Positions 1 to 7,813 of a stretch of 26,644 bases of DNA are shown one piece after another. The stretch comes from a virus (Duplodnaviria > Caudoviricetes): the IMG/VR virus record IMGVR_UViG_3300033146_002376, positions 1 to 26,644 of that record. One strand, written 5' to 3'. Both the position numbers and the translations under genes were made by a program. Numbering within the stretch: the first letter of the stretch is position 1; every line of letters starts with the position of its first letter. The notes under the pieces were generated by a model. That model saw nothing but the letters and a program-made list of their open reading frames with translations. It was not told the DNA's origin and searched no databases.

Positions 1-2
1 CT

Positions 3-221
3 AATCCTGATGATTGGTTTGGTGGTCATATTCGTGAAACATATCAATCAATGTTTCCTTGTAAACATCATTGGATTATATATAAAGGTGGGTTTCAAAG
101 AAAATGTTCTAAATGTTGGAAACAACAATATTTATATACATGTATTGCTTATGGAAACAAGACTCAAGAATGGAAAGATTCTACTCATAATATTAGTTCA
201 AAAGGATATATTAATTTATGA
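3..221 (+). CDS. 5'-truncated hypothetical protein, putative small Zn-binding protein (CKHHW...CSKC)
   Basis: Not in the ORF track. Frame 3 is open from the window edge: NPDDWFGGHIRETYQSMFPCKHHWIIYKGGFQRKCSKCWKQQYLYTCIAYGNKTQEWKDSTHNISSKGYINL*. Its TGA (219-221) overlaps the gp33 ATG (ATGA), a typical coupling junction. Confidence 0.7.
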   Translation, partial: NPDDWFGGHIRETYQSMFPCKHHWIIYKGGFQRKCSKCWKQQYLYTCIAYGNKTQEWKDSTHNISSKGYINL

Positions 222-433
222 TAATATCTAAAAAAGATTTTTGTGTTTATGTTGAAGAACTAAATTCAAAAAATGAAATGTCTATTGTTGATAATATGTT
301 ACAAGCATGTGAAGATTATAATATTGATCCTTTATATGTTGGGCCATTAGTAAATAGATCATTAAGAGAAAAGTTAAGTATTGAATTTGCTAATATTAAT
401 TTATTAAAACTTGAACAAAATTTTGTTATATAA
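218..433 (+). CDS. gp33: T4-like late transcription co-activator gp33
   Basis: 71 aa; IVDNMLQACEDYNID..VGPLVNRSLREKLSIEFANINLLK fits the gp33 pattern; sits in the T4 order 33-59-32. Confidence 0.8.
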   Translation: MIISKKDFCVYVEELNSKNEMSIVDNMLQACEDYNIDPLYVGPLVNRSLREKLSIEFANINLLKLEQNFVI

Positions 434-1041
434 TGCAAATTACTGGATATTATGCTTATCGTATATTTCTTACTATGAAGGCGCATTTTAATCAAGAGAA
501 ATTTGATATAAATAAATATGATTTTAACTTTTTAAAACCACCATATGAAACATTTCTTAAAACTAAAGGAATTAAATTATATGATATTTTAGCAAAAAAA
601 GTTAAAAGTGAAAAACAACTTGTTAATATTCTTATATGTGCTTTTTTGCGTGATCCTACTACATGGATTAAAGATATTATAGATAATTATTCTGATTATA
701 AAAAACGATCTGATAAATGGGAAGGAAAGATGAATAATTTTCCTTATCTTTTTGAACAAGATTGTTATAAATTAGTAGAAAATGGTCTTGTATTTAATTC
801 CTCTTTAGGTAATTTTATTCTTAATCAATTTTGTGATGGTAATATAAATGTAGAGACATTTATAATTTTTAATAAGATATTTATTTTTTCACTTGACAAA
901 AATTTAAATTTCGAGTATATTTACAAACATAAATACTCTAAGTATGAGTTGTTACTAAAATTTGATTTAACTAAATACAAAGACATTCTTGAGGGGGCAG
1001 TAAGATGTAAAATGATAGAATCATTAAAAAATGATTCATAG
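433..1041 (+). CDS. gp59: T4-like helicase loader gp59
   Basis: 202 aa; N-terminal GYYAYRIFLTMKAHF...FDINKY and later INVETFIIFNKIF motifs; between gp33 and gp32; TAATG overlap with gp33. Confidence 0.85.
   Translation: MQITGYYAYRIFLTMKAHFNQEKFDINKYDFNFLKPPYETFLKTKGIKLYDILAKKVKSEKQLVNILICAFLRDPTTWIKDIIDNYSDYKKRSDKWEGKMNNFPYLFEQDCYKLVENGLVFNSSLGNFILNQFCDGNINVETFIIFNKIFIFSLDKNLNFEYIYKHKYSKYELLLKFDLTKYKDILEGAVRCKMIESLKNDS
893..921 (+). promoter_or_regulatory. sigma70-type promoter inside gp59, probably driving gp32
   Basis: TTGACA (893-898), 17-nt spacer, TATATT (916-921); about 175 nt upstream of the gp32 ATG. Confidence 0.6.
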
Positions 1042-1080
1042 AACAGAAATAGAACAAAAATAGAACAGAAATAGAAAAAT
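1038..1080 (+). repeat. 11-nt tandem repeat (ATAGAACARAA x3 plus a partial copy) in the gp32 leader
   Basis: ATAGAACAGAA 1038-1048, ATAGAACAAAA 1049-1059, ATAGAACAGAA 1060-1070, ATAGAAAAAT 1071-1080; directly before the AGGAG RBS (1082-1086). Confidence 0.9.
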
Positions 1081-1094
1081 TAGGAGAAATTTTT

Positions 1095-2021
1095 ATGAGT
1101 TTAGAAGAGTTAAGAAGTAGAAATAGTGGCGGAAAGTTAGATAAATTGTTAAAAGTTGTTTCAAAAACAACTGCCGGAAGAAGTAATGGTTATACAAAAG
1201 ATGAATATTATTATCCAGAACGTGATAAAGCTGGAAATGGTTCTGCTATTATTCGTTTTACTCCCGGTCTTGAAACTGAAGACTTTCCATATTATGTAGA
1301 ACGTCTCGAACATGGTTTTAAAAGTGATACTGGTCAATGGTATATTGAAAATTGTCCTAGAACTCTTGGTTGGGATGAAGAATGTCCAGCTTGTGAGCAT
1401 GGTAATGATATGAAAGATGGTCAGGAATGGAAGAAAATTCCTAAAGAATTGCAGAATAAAATTCGTCCATTTTTTTCAAGTAAACAATATTACACAAATG
1501 TACTCGTTATTAAAGATCCAGCAAATCCTGATAATGAAGGAAAAGTATTTCCATTTAAATTTGGCAAATCAATTCTTGATATGATCATGGAAATGGCACA
1601 GCCTATTGATGATGGTTTAAGTGATCCAAAAGAACCAATTGATATATTTGATATTGAAGAAGGAGCTAATTTCAAATTCGTAATTCGTAAGAAAAAAGGT
1701 CGAACTAATTACGAAACCAGTGAATTTGAAGAAATGTCAGTATGTCCAGATTTTAATGATGAAGATCAAAAACCATTACTTCCTAAAATTGCTAAAGATC
1801 AATTTAAATCAATTGAAGACCTTACAAAACGATTTAATATGGTTATGGGGCGTAAAGGAGCACCTTCTTTAAGTAAATCTGCTGAAGATTTTATTAAATC
1901 ACCGGGCAAAGATAAATCAAAAGAAGAATCTGAAATTCCAGATGCATCTGATTCAAAAAGTGGATCAGAAGATAATATGGAATATTTTCAAAATCTTGCT
2001 GATGATGTAAATATTGGATAA
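1095..2021 (+). CDS. gp32: T4-like single-stranded DNA-binding protein gp32
   Basis: 308 aa; D.YYYP..DKAGNGSAIIRF.P, HGF, WYIENC, CPAC (Zn site), YYTNVLVIKDPANPDNEGKVF.FKFGK.I, GANFK, NYETSEF, and acidic tail DNMEYFQNLADD; AGGAG RBS. Confidence 0.97.
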   Translation: MSLEELRSRNSGGKLDKLLKVVSKTTAGRSNGYTKDEYYYPERDKAGNGSAIIRFTPGLETEDFPYYVERLEHGFKSDTGQWYIENCPRTLGWDEECPACEHGNDMKDGQEWKKIPKELQNKIRPFFSSKQYYTNVLVIKDPANPDNEGKVFPFKFGKSILDMIMEMAQPIDDGLSDPKEPIDIFDIEEGANFKFVIRKKKGRTNYETSEFEEMSVCPDFNDEDQKPLLPKIAKDQFKSIEDLTKRFNMVMGRKGAPSLSKSAEDFIKSPGKDKSKEESEIPDASDSKSGSEDNMEYFQNLADDVNIG

Positions 2022-2044
2022 TTAAATACGTTTATAATATAGTG

Positions 2045-2077
2045 AAAGGGAGATTACATATGTAATCTCCCTTTTTT
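2045..2077. terminator. Rho-independent terminator between convergent gp32 and tape-measure genes, probably bidirectional
   Basis: Perfect 30-bp palindrome AAAGGGAGATTACATATGTAATCTCCCTTT (2045-2074) ending in a T6 run on + (2072-2077); only T3 follows the stem on the - strand. Confidence 0.9.
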
Positions 2078-2078
2078 A

Positions 2079-4586
2079 TTATGGAGCAAAAATTTGATTC
2101 ATATATTGAATATGAGGATCATTATCTCTTGGTGTTGATTGGCAAGAAGTCATTGCTATTGGAGATGAATTTGACTGACTAATAGAATTTTGTGTAGGTG
2201 ATATATTTATATTTCTACTTATATCATTTATTTTATCAATATCCTTTTGTTCTTTTAATGAATTAATTTCAATAGGACGATCTGTATTAATATTAAATTT
2301 TTCTGTAGGTAATAAATCAGGTCTTATATTATTTAAGTCAATACTATTTGTAACATTAAATAAATGTTTTAGATTATTATTATCATCTGGTAAGAATTCT
2401 TCTCTATTATTTTTTATAAATGAAGGTTTAAATTCAGAAAATTTTTGTTTATGGTTTGAAATATTATTTTTTATTGGTTTAGATACTATTTTTATTTCTT
2501 TTTCTTTTTTCCCGAAAAATGAAAATTTATCTTTAAACCAATTTTTTACACTTTTACCAAAACTTGTTAATACTTCTATTGGATTCCATTCAGAAAATTC
2601 TTTAATTCCATTTAAAGTATTTTCCCAACTAAATTTTTCAGCAAAAAAATCAAAGATATTTCCAGCTAAATTAGAAATTATTCCAAAAGGTGTCCAATTC
2701 CATACCGTAACCAGATTCTCTTTAAGATTTTCCCAATTAAAAATATCAGAAAAGAAATCTTTTATTCCTATTGTTAAATCACTCCATAAATTACTATAAT
2801 ATTCTGTCATATTATTCCATATTTCGGATAAATCCATATTAAATAAAGCAGCTAGTGGTTTTGTAAAATTTTCATTTAACCAAGTTTTAATGTTAGTATC
2901 AAAACCAAACCATCCAAGAAGCATATCCGCAACTTCACCAAATCCTTCAAAAATACCACCAATAGCTGAAGCAAATCTATCCATTATAGTAATAGTATCT
3001 TTTCCTAATATTTTTTTAGCATTAAAAAAACCAAAGATACCTTCTATTACTGTAATAATTTGTCCGACAAATGGTATCATTTTTCCAAATTTACTAACAA
3101 GTTTTCCTATAGGAAGAATTATTTTTCCTATATTTCCTAACATTTTAAATGGTTTAATTATTAATTTTCCTATTATTGATAATTTTCTTCCAATATTTAA
3201 TCCTTTTAACCATGTTTCAATAACGTTAAATGGTTTAATTATTAATTTTCCTATTGTTGATAATTTTCTTCCAATATTTAATTCTTTTAACCATTTTCCT
3301 ATATTAGAAAATATTGTAAATATCTTACTCTTTTTAATTTTTATTAATGCAGCAGTAATAGCAGCACCAATACCACCAGATAAAAGAGTTGGAATATTAC
3401 TAATAAAATTCCAAATACCTTTTAAAAGACCTTTTTTCTTAATATCTTTTTGTGATTTAGTAGCATTAGTTAAATCATTTATAGCATCAAGAAGATTATC
3501 ATCTCTTTCAGCTTTTTCTAAAGCTTCTTCGGCATCATTTTGAGAAGCAAGTTCAAATCTTCTATTAATACTGGCAACATCAAGAGCTATGTTTTTAATA
3601 TAATCACTATCAATTTCAATATCTGAAATTGTTGTTTTTGATGGTTCAATTTTTTCAATAGGAGATTTATATTCTTCATTATATGGTGAAAGATTTATTT
3701 TAGAACTTTCTTTAACAGCTTTTTCAATATTTACTAAATGTTCTGATTCAGCATCATGTAATTTTTTAGCAGTTTCTATTTGAGATTCTGCAAGTGCTTC
3801 TTGTGTTCCTCTAAGACGTTCTGCAATTCCTTCTTTATGTTTTTTCTGTTTTTTCCATACATCCCACACAGAAGATGATCCTTTTTTAATAAGCCAAAAA
3901 ATACCACTTGCCATTTTTGCTGTTAGAGGATCTTTACTTACTGCACTAATAAAACTACTTTCAATATTATTAAAACCTGATTCAATCCCACTTAATGATT
4001 GTTTTCCTACTTCTTTACCTATAAGTTTTGGGAGATTTAAATCAATTTGTTTTCTTTGATTTATACTATTTTGTAATAATTTTTTTAATTCTTTTGCTCT
4101 TTTTATTTCACCATCATTAACACTATCCATAGAGTCTATTATATGATCAAGATGCGGTATTTGTTTTTCTATTGCAATAAGTTCTTCTCTTGATATTTTT
4201 TGGTCAGAGTCTATTACTTTTTCAATATCAGAACGTATTTCTTTGGCAATATAATTTCCTACTTCGGAAATATCACTTGTAGATTTTCCTTTTTTATGGA
4301 GAGCTAATTCAAAATCATGTGTTATTTTACTTAATTGTTCATTTGTATTATGTTGTAGTTGTTGATTTTTATCAACAACTTTTTTCATAATATTATGAAT
4401 ATCTTTTAAATCATCTATATTATCTTCTTGTATATCAGCAAGTTTATTTATATTTTTTGCTGAATCAACAATGATTTTTTCACTTTCTTCAGAAATTTGT
4501 GGTATATTATTATCATTATTTACATTTTTTTTCTGATTAGCTCTTTTTTGAGTAGTTTGTTTATATTGGTTTTTACTTTCACTCAT
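2079..4586 (-). CDS. Tail tape-measure / baseplate hub protein (gp29-like)
   Basis: 835 aa; charged helical N-half, amphipathic Gly/Ile/Lys region (KFGKMIPFVGQIITVIEGIFGF), periodic W/F repeats, low-complexity C-terminus; directly downstream of gp26/gp51. Confidence 0.75.
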   Translation of the reverse strand: MSESKNQYKQTTQKRANQKKNVNNDNNIPQISEESEKIIVDSAKNINKLADIQEDNIDDLKDIHNIMKKVVDKNQQLQHNTNEQLSKITHDFELALHKKGKSTSDISEVGNYIAKEIRSDIEKVIDSDQKISREELIAIEKQIPHLDHIIDSMDSVNDGEIKRAKELKKLLQNSINQRKQIDLNLPKLIGKEVGKQSLSGIESGFNNIESSFISAVSKDPLTAKMASGIFWLIKKGSSSVWDVWKKQKKHKEGIAERLRGTQEALAESQIETAKKLHDAESEHLVNIEKAVKESSKINLSPYNEEYKSPIEKIEPSKTTISDIEIDSDYIKNIALDVASINRRFELASQNDAEEALEKAERDDNLLDAINDLTNATKSQKDIKKKGLLKGIWNFISNIPTLLSGGIGAAITAALIKIKKSKIFTIFSNIGKWLKELNIGRKLSTIGKLIIKPFNVIETWLKGLNIGRKLSIIGKLIIKPFKMLGNIGKIILPIGKLVSKFGKMIPFVGQIITVIEGIFGFFNAKKILGKDTITIMDRFASAIGGIFEGFGEVADMLLGWFGFDTNIKTWLNENFTKPLAALFNMDLSEIWNNMTEYYSNLWSDLTIGIKDFFSDIFNWENLKENLVTVWNWTPFGIISNLAGNIFDFFAEKFSWENTLNGIKEFSEWNPIEVLTSFGKSVKNWFKDKFSFFGKKEKEIKIVSKPIKNNISNHKQKFSEFKPSFIKNNREEFLPDDNNNLKHLFNVTNSIDLNNIRPDLLPTEKFNINTDRPIEINSLKEQKDIDKINDISRNINISPTQNSISQSNSSPIAMTSCQSTPRDNDPHIQYMNQIFAP
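3145..3294 (-). repeat. Tandem 81-nt-period duplication inside the tape measure
   Basis: 3145-3213 and 3226-3294 match at 67 of 69 nt and encode WLKxLNIGRKLSxIGKLIIKPF twice. Confidence 0.9.
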
Positions 4587-4591
4587 TTTTA

Positions 4592-4765
4592 TTACCTATT
4601 TCTTTTAGACTGTTCTTTTTGTAGTTTATCTTGTAATATAGCAATATAAATTTCCCTTTCAAATGGCATCATATTCTCTATTTCTTTTAAAGAATAATTA
4701 AAATCTGTCATTAATACAAAATTCATTCTATACATATTGAATATGCTATCATGAGAAAGGGCCAT
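4592..4765 (-). CDS. gp51: Short gp51-like baseplate hub assembly catalyst
   Basis: Below the ORF-track cutoff; hand translation gives MALSHDSIFNMYRMNFVLMTDFNYSLKEIENMMPFEREIYIAILQDKLQKEQSKRNR* (57 aa). YSL.EIENMMPFEREIYI is the gp51 signature of T4-like phages. The ATG overlaps the gp26 stop (TAATG). Confidence 0.9.
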   Translation of the reverse strand: MALSHDSIFNMYRMNFVLMTDFNYSLKEIENMMPFEREIYIAILQDKLQKEQSKRNR

Positions 4766-4775
4766 TAAAAAAAAT
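4763..4775 (-). promoter_or_regulatory. Candidate -1 ribosomal frameshift site (U UUU UUU) at the gp26/gp51 junction
   Basis: Minus strand reads GAT TTT TTT TAA TG (A8 at 4767-4774 on +). A -1 slip gives TTT TTT TTA ATG GCC, which is in frame with gp51. Confidence 0.55.
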
Positions 4776-5502
4776 CAGATATACCTCTAAAAGTATATTC
4801 ACCTTTCTTTTTACATTTATTACAAGTATATTTAATGGTATGTTCTAATGAAGGCATACTATCAAAAAACTGTTCTTCTATTTTTTGAAATTGCTGTCTT
4901 GTTAGTTGATTTAACCAATCAACCATATCTTCTTTTTTAACCATAGATGAATCATGAACACTATCTTTATCAAAAATAGAAACAATTAATGAAGCTATAT
5001 ATTCAATTGGGTTTTCTTCAATTTCATTTGCATTAATTGTATCATCTATATCTGGATATCTAAAAGTAATACCTATATCATTTTCTATAATTACATTATT
5101 TGTATGTTTTTTTGAAAATTTTACTTTTACTTTTGATAAATCTATTATAAATTTTATAATATTTCCACATTCACATCCTTCATCTTCTCCATCTACAGAA
5201 GGGATTATATTTTTACATTTCATTTGTATTTCAATTTCTTCTCCTACAGATTTAGCCCGTAATTGAAGGAACATATATTCTATATCAAATAATGCTAAAG
5301 TAGATATATCAACTTTATTAAAAGTACATGCTGAAATAACTTCCTTCATACAATTTATCATTTCAGTTTCATCATTACTTTCTTTTATTAAGAGTAATAT
5401 TTTTTCTTCTTGAACTAAAAAAGGTCTATATTTTACTTTCTTTTTTGTTGAAGGTATTGTTAAAAAATATGTTGGTGTTTTTAATTTTGGTAAATCGCTC
5501 AT
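4765..5502 (-). CDS. gp26: Baseplate hub assembly protein gp26
   Basis: 245 aa; LPKLKTPTYFLTIPSTKKKVKYRPFLVQEEKILL, FDIEYMFLQLRAKSVGE, FFDSMPSL and CNKC...GISDFF are gp26-family motifs; AGGAG RBS at 5512-5516 (-). Confidence 0.93.
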   Translation of the reverse strand: MSDLPKLKTPTYFLTIPSTKKKVKYRPFLVQEEKILLLIKESNDETEMINCMKEVISACTFNKVDISTLALFDIEYMFLQLRAKSVGEEIEIQMKCKNIIPSVDGEDEGCECGNIIKFIIDLSKVKVKFSKKHTNNVIIENDIGITFRYPDIDDTINANEIEENPIEYIASLIVSIFDKDSVHDSSMVKKEDMVDWLNQLTRQQFQKIEEQFFDSMPSLEHTIKYTCNKCKKKGEYTFRGISDFF

Positions 5503-5526
5503 TATACTATTCTCCTTTTAAGTATC

Positions 5527-6030
5527 CTATTTAAAATTATGTACAAACCATGTTATAGTTGTTTCTAAAATTGATTCTGCTCCATATGATAATTCAATAG
5601 TTGAAATTGCTGTAGGATAACATTCTTCAATTTTTATTTTTGATGTAGGTTTTCCTTCTTTATTAAGTATTTCAATATCCAATTGTTGTATTATTTCATC
5701 ATAATATTCAAGTCCTTCTTTTCCAACATCATCAAAATATTCATAAATATCTTTATTTCCTTTTAAAGTATCATCTACATAAAAAGTAGTAGATAAATCT
5801 TCAATTAATAACTGATATGGTATATTTTTTGTTGGGCCATATCTAAACCATTCTTCTGTAGCAAGTGATTTACCGGGTATTGTTATAGTATGACAATGAA
5901 ATGACATATCACTAGCATATGGTAATGTTATTTTGTATTTATTTGGTAATAATAAATTATAATTACTTATTTTTCCAACAATAGTATCAATAGATATATC
6001 ATTTTTTACTCTCATATTTTGTTGTGCCAT
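5527..6030 (-). CDS. gp54: Tail-tube-fold baseplate/tube initiator protein (gp54-like)
   Basis: CHTITIPGKSL.T....YGP..NIPY...EDLSTTFYVD and IEECYPTAISTIELSYG motifs of the gp19/gp54 family. Start moved from 6099 to ATG 6030 (MAQQ...), one base after the gp2 stop. Confidence 0.7.
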   Translation of the reverse strand: MAQQNMRVKNDISIDTIVGKISNYNLLLPNKYKITLPYASDMSFHCHTITIPGKSLATEEWFRYGPTKNIPYQLLIEDLSTTFYVDDTLKGNKDIYEYFDDVGKEGLEYYDEIIQQLDIEILNKEGKPTSKIKIEECYPTAISTIELSYGAESILETTITWFVHNFK

Positions 6031-6031
6031 A

Positions 6032-6643
6032 TTATTTATTCCATTTTCTTTTTGAATCTGCCCAAACTTTACTTTGTGGAGCTTTTTTAAATCTAGCAAC
6101 AGGTAATAAAATAGCTTTATGCCATTGTTGGGGTCTTATCATATTTACTTTTGATCTTATATGTCCTGTTAAATATCTTTTTAAACATGGTCTAAAATAT
6201 CTATATTTTGATGCTTGTTTAAGTATATCATATGTTACTCTTAATCTAGTCGTTCTATCAAATTTTGTATTATTCAATGTTGTAAAAAGTCTTTCTAATA
6301 ATATTCGTCTTTGTTCTGGTGGTATATAATGAAGATTTAGACCTAACCAACCATCCTTATACATATCAATACATATTATTAAAGGAAACATATCATAATA
6401 AGGTAGTGTTTCTTTCCATTTTGGATCATATTTATAAAAAAACATTTTACCAATCATTTGACCATCTGTTTTAGCACGAAAACGAAGATCTGTCATATTA
6501 CCTTTTATTTTATCTTCACCTGATAGAAGAGCTTTTACATTATCACGAAACCATTTTTTAGCATCTCTAATGTCTTCTTGTTTGTAACGTTTGTTGGTTG
6601 TGAAAACGTTGTTTGTTGATTTGTTTCTTTCTTTTTTTTCCAT
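6032..6643 (-). CDS. gp2: DNA end protector protein gp2
   Basis: AKKWF, GKMFFYKYDPKWKETLPYYDMFPLI, GLNLHYIPP..R, CLKRYL.GHIRS, W..AILLP...F and VWADS are gp2 signatures. Confidence 0.95.
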   Translation of the reverse strand: MEKKERNKSTNNVFTTNKRYKQEDIRDAKKWFRDNVKALLSGEDKIKGNMTDLRFRAKTDGQMIGKMFFYKYDPKWKETLPYYDMFPLIICIDMYKDGWLGLNLHYIPPEQRRILLERLFTTLNNTKFDRTTRLRVTYDILKQASKYRYFRPCLKRYLTGHIRSKVNMIRPQQWHKAILLPVARFKKAPQSKVWADSKRKWNK

Positions 6644-7097
6644 TATATTTTTTTGGTAATCTTTTTAAAAGTTTTATCCCAGTTCGTTTAAAATCATCTT
6701 CTGTAAAAATACTAAATATTAAATTTTGTTCAATACAAAATTTCTTTGCTGCTGTCCATTTACATATGTTAGTTGTGTATGTTGATTTTTCTACTAAATA
6801 TCGTTTTGTTTTTCTCTTTTTAGGTGGTATAGTTTGATTTTTTGGTTTTATTTCTATGAGATATTTTTTACCATTATTAAATTCTACAATAAAATCAGGA
6901 TAATATTTTCGCATTTTATTTTTTGATTTATCATAATATGGAATACCAAATGGTTCACTCGCCCATTTAACTATTTGATCATTTTTATCACACCATTTAG
7001 CAAATGATCTTTCCCATAGTGATCTACATACTATTTTCGAAACATCTCCTATATATTTTTCTTTATTTTTTGGTTGATACTTAGTTTTATATGCCAT
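6567..7097 (-). CDS. gp4: Head completion nuclease gp4 (TnsA-like fold)
   Basis: MAYKTKYQPKNKEKYIGD...RSLWERSF.KWCD.N..IVKWASE...YYPDF...LIEIKP..QT.PP...KWTAA..FC......F.IFTE. Confidence 0.95.
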   Translation of the reverse strand: MAYKTKYQPKNKEKYIGDVSKIVCRSLWERSFAKWCDKNDQIVKWASEPFGIPYYDKSKNKMRKYYPDFIVEFNNGKKYLIEIKPKNQTIPPKKRKTKRYLVEKSTYTTNICKWTAAKKFCIEQNLIFSIFTEDDFKRTGIKLLKRLPKKYNGKKRKKQINKQRFHNQQTLQTRRH

Positions 7098-7107
7098 GTA
7101 TTTTTTT

Positions 7108-7115
7108 CATAAATA
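7108..7115 (+). promoter_or_regulatory. T4-type late promoter (CATAAATA) for the gp48 baseplate operon
   Basis: NATAAATA in the 56-nt divergent intergenic gap, followed by AGGAG (7141-7145) and ATG 7154. Confidence 0.65.
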
Positions 7116-7124
7116 TTATATGAA

Positions 7125-7132
7125 TATTTATA
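7125..7132 (-). promoter_or_regulatory. T4 late promoter (TATAAATA) for the gp4-gp2-gp54-gp26-gp51-TMP operon
   Basis: The + strand TATTTATA is a perfect TATAAATA on -, 27 nt upstream of the gp4 ATG; gp33 is encoded in the window. Confidence 0.75.
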
Positions 7133-7153
7133 ACAATTGTAGGAGAACAATAA

Positions 7154-7813
7154 ATGTCAATTTCAGTAGGGGTAGAAGGAAATATGCCATATACCCATAT
7201 ATCAGGGCCAGAAACTATTATATTGCCATTACCTGATGATATATCAACAAGTATAAGTATGAATTATGATTCTGAAGATATGAACGCATTTAAATCTTTT
7301 GGAGATGGTTCTAGTATATTTGATAAATCCTCACATTTAGATACGTTAAATAATATTAAATCAAATGCTGCTTTTATTGGCAAAAATGCTGCTTGGACTG
7401 TTGCTACTTTTGGTAGTGGTGTTGCTAGAAAAAGAGCTGGTGGTATTCTTAATGCTAATAAAGAAATGTTTTTTAATGGAACTGATTTTAGGAGATTTAA
7501 TTTTACATGGACTGTTATACCAACAAACGCAAAATATGCAAAGGGAATTAATGAGGTAGTTACATTATTTCAAAAACATTCTGTTGGTGAATTATCTAAT
7601 AAAGGAAGAAGAATAAAATATCCTGATTCGTGGAAAATACAATTTGATGGAGCAAATATAATTAATGATATTAGAGATTGTTTTGTTGTTGGTGTTAGTG
7701 CTAATTTTTCCACAGGTGGTAATGTTAGAGTTCATACTGATGGGTATTCAGTTACAACCACACTTACTGTAAATTTTGTTGAAGTTACAATTAGAACAAA
7801 AGAGGATTTCTAA
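7154..7813 (+). CDS. gp48: Baseplate tail-tube cap gp48-like
   Basis: 219 aa; IILPLP..IS....NY, ILNANKEMFFNGTDFRRFNFTWTVIP.N, YPDSWKI.F, C.V..VS.NF and LTVNFVEV.I.TKEDF; precedes gp53. Confidence 0.85.
   Translation: MSISVGVEGNMPYTHISGPETIILPLPDDISTSISMNYDSEDMNAFKSFGDGSSIFDKSSHLDTLNNIKSNAAFIGKNAAWTVATFGSGVARKRAGGILNANKEMFFNGTDFRRFNFTWTVIPTNAKYAKGINEVVTLFQKHSVGELSNKGRRIKYPDSWKIQFDGANIINDIRDCFVVGVSANFSTGGNVRVHTDGYSVTTTLTVNFVEVTIRTKEDF

Noticed and set aside
10-231. 73-aa ORF in the track
   Set aside because: Out-of-frame shadow; the frame-3 ORF has natural codon usage, a Cys motif and an ATGA junction with gp33.
2890-3543. 217-aa + strand ORF antisense to the tape measure
   Set aside because: Its F/P/I/N-rich sequence is the mirror of TMP Lys/Gly/Ile codons; no RBS or recognisable motif.
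6031-6099. Longer start for the gp54-like gene (ATG 6099)
   Set aside because: It overlaps the conserved gp2 C-terminus; ATG 6030 lies one base after the gp2 stop and fits better.
6567-7097. TnsA-like nuclease as a Tn7 or homing element
   Set aside because: It is the core gp4 head-completion gene beside gp2; no transposon ends or other tns genes.
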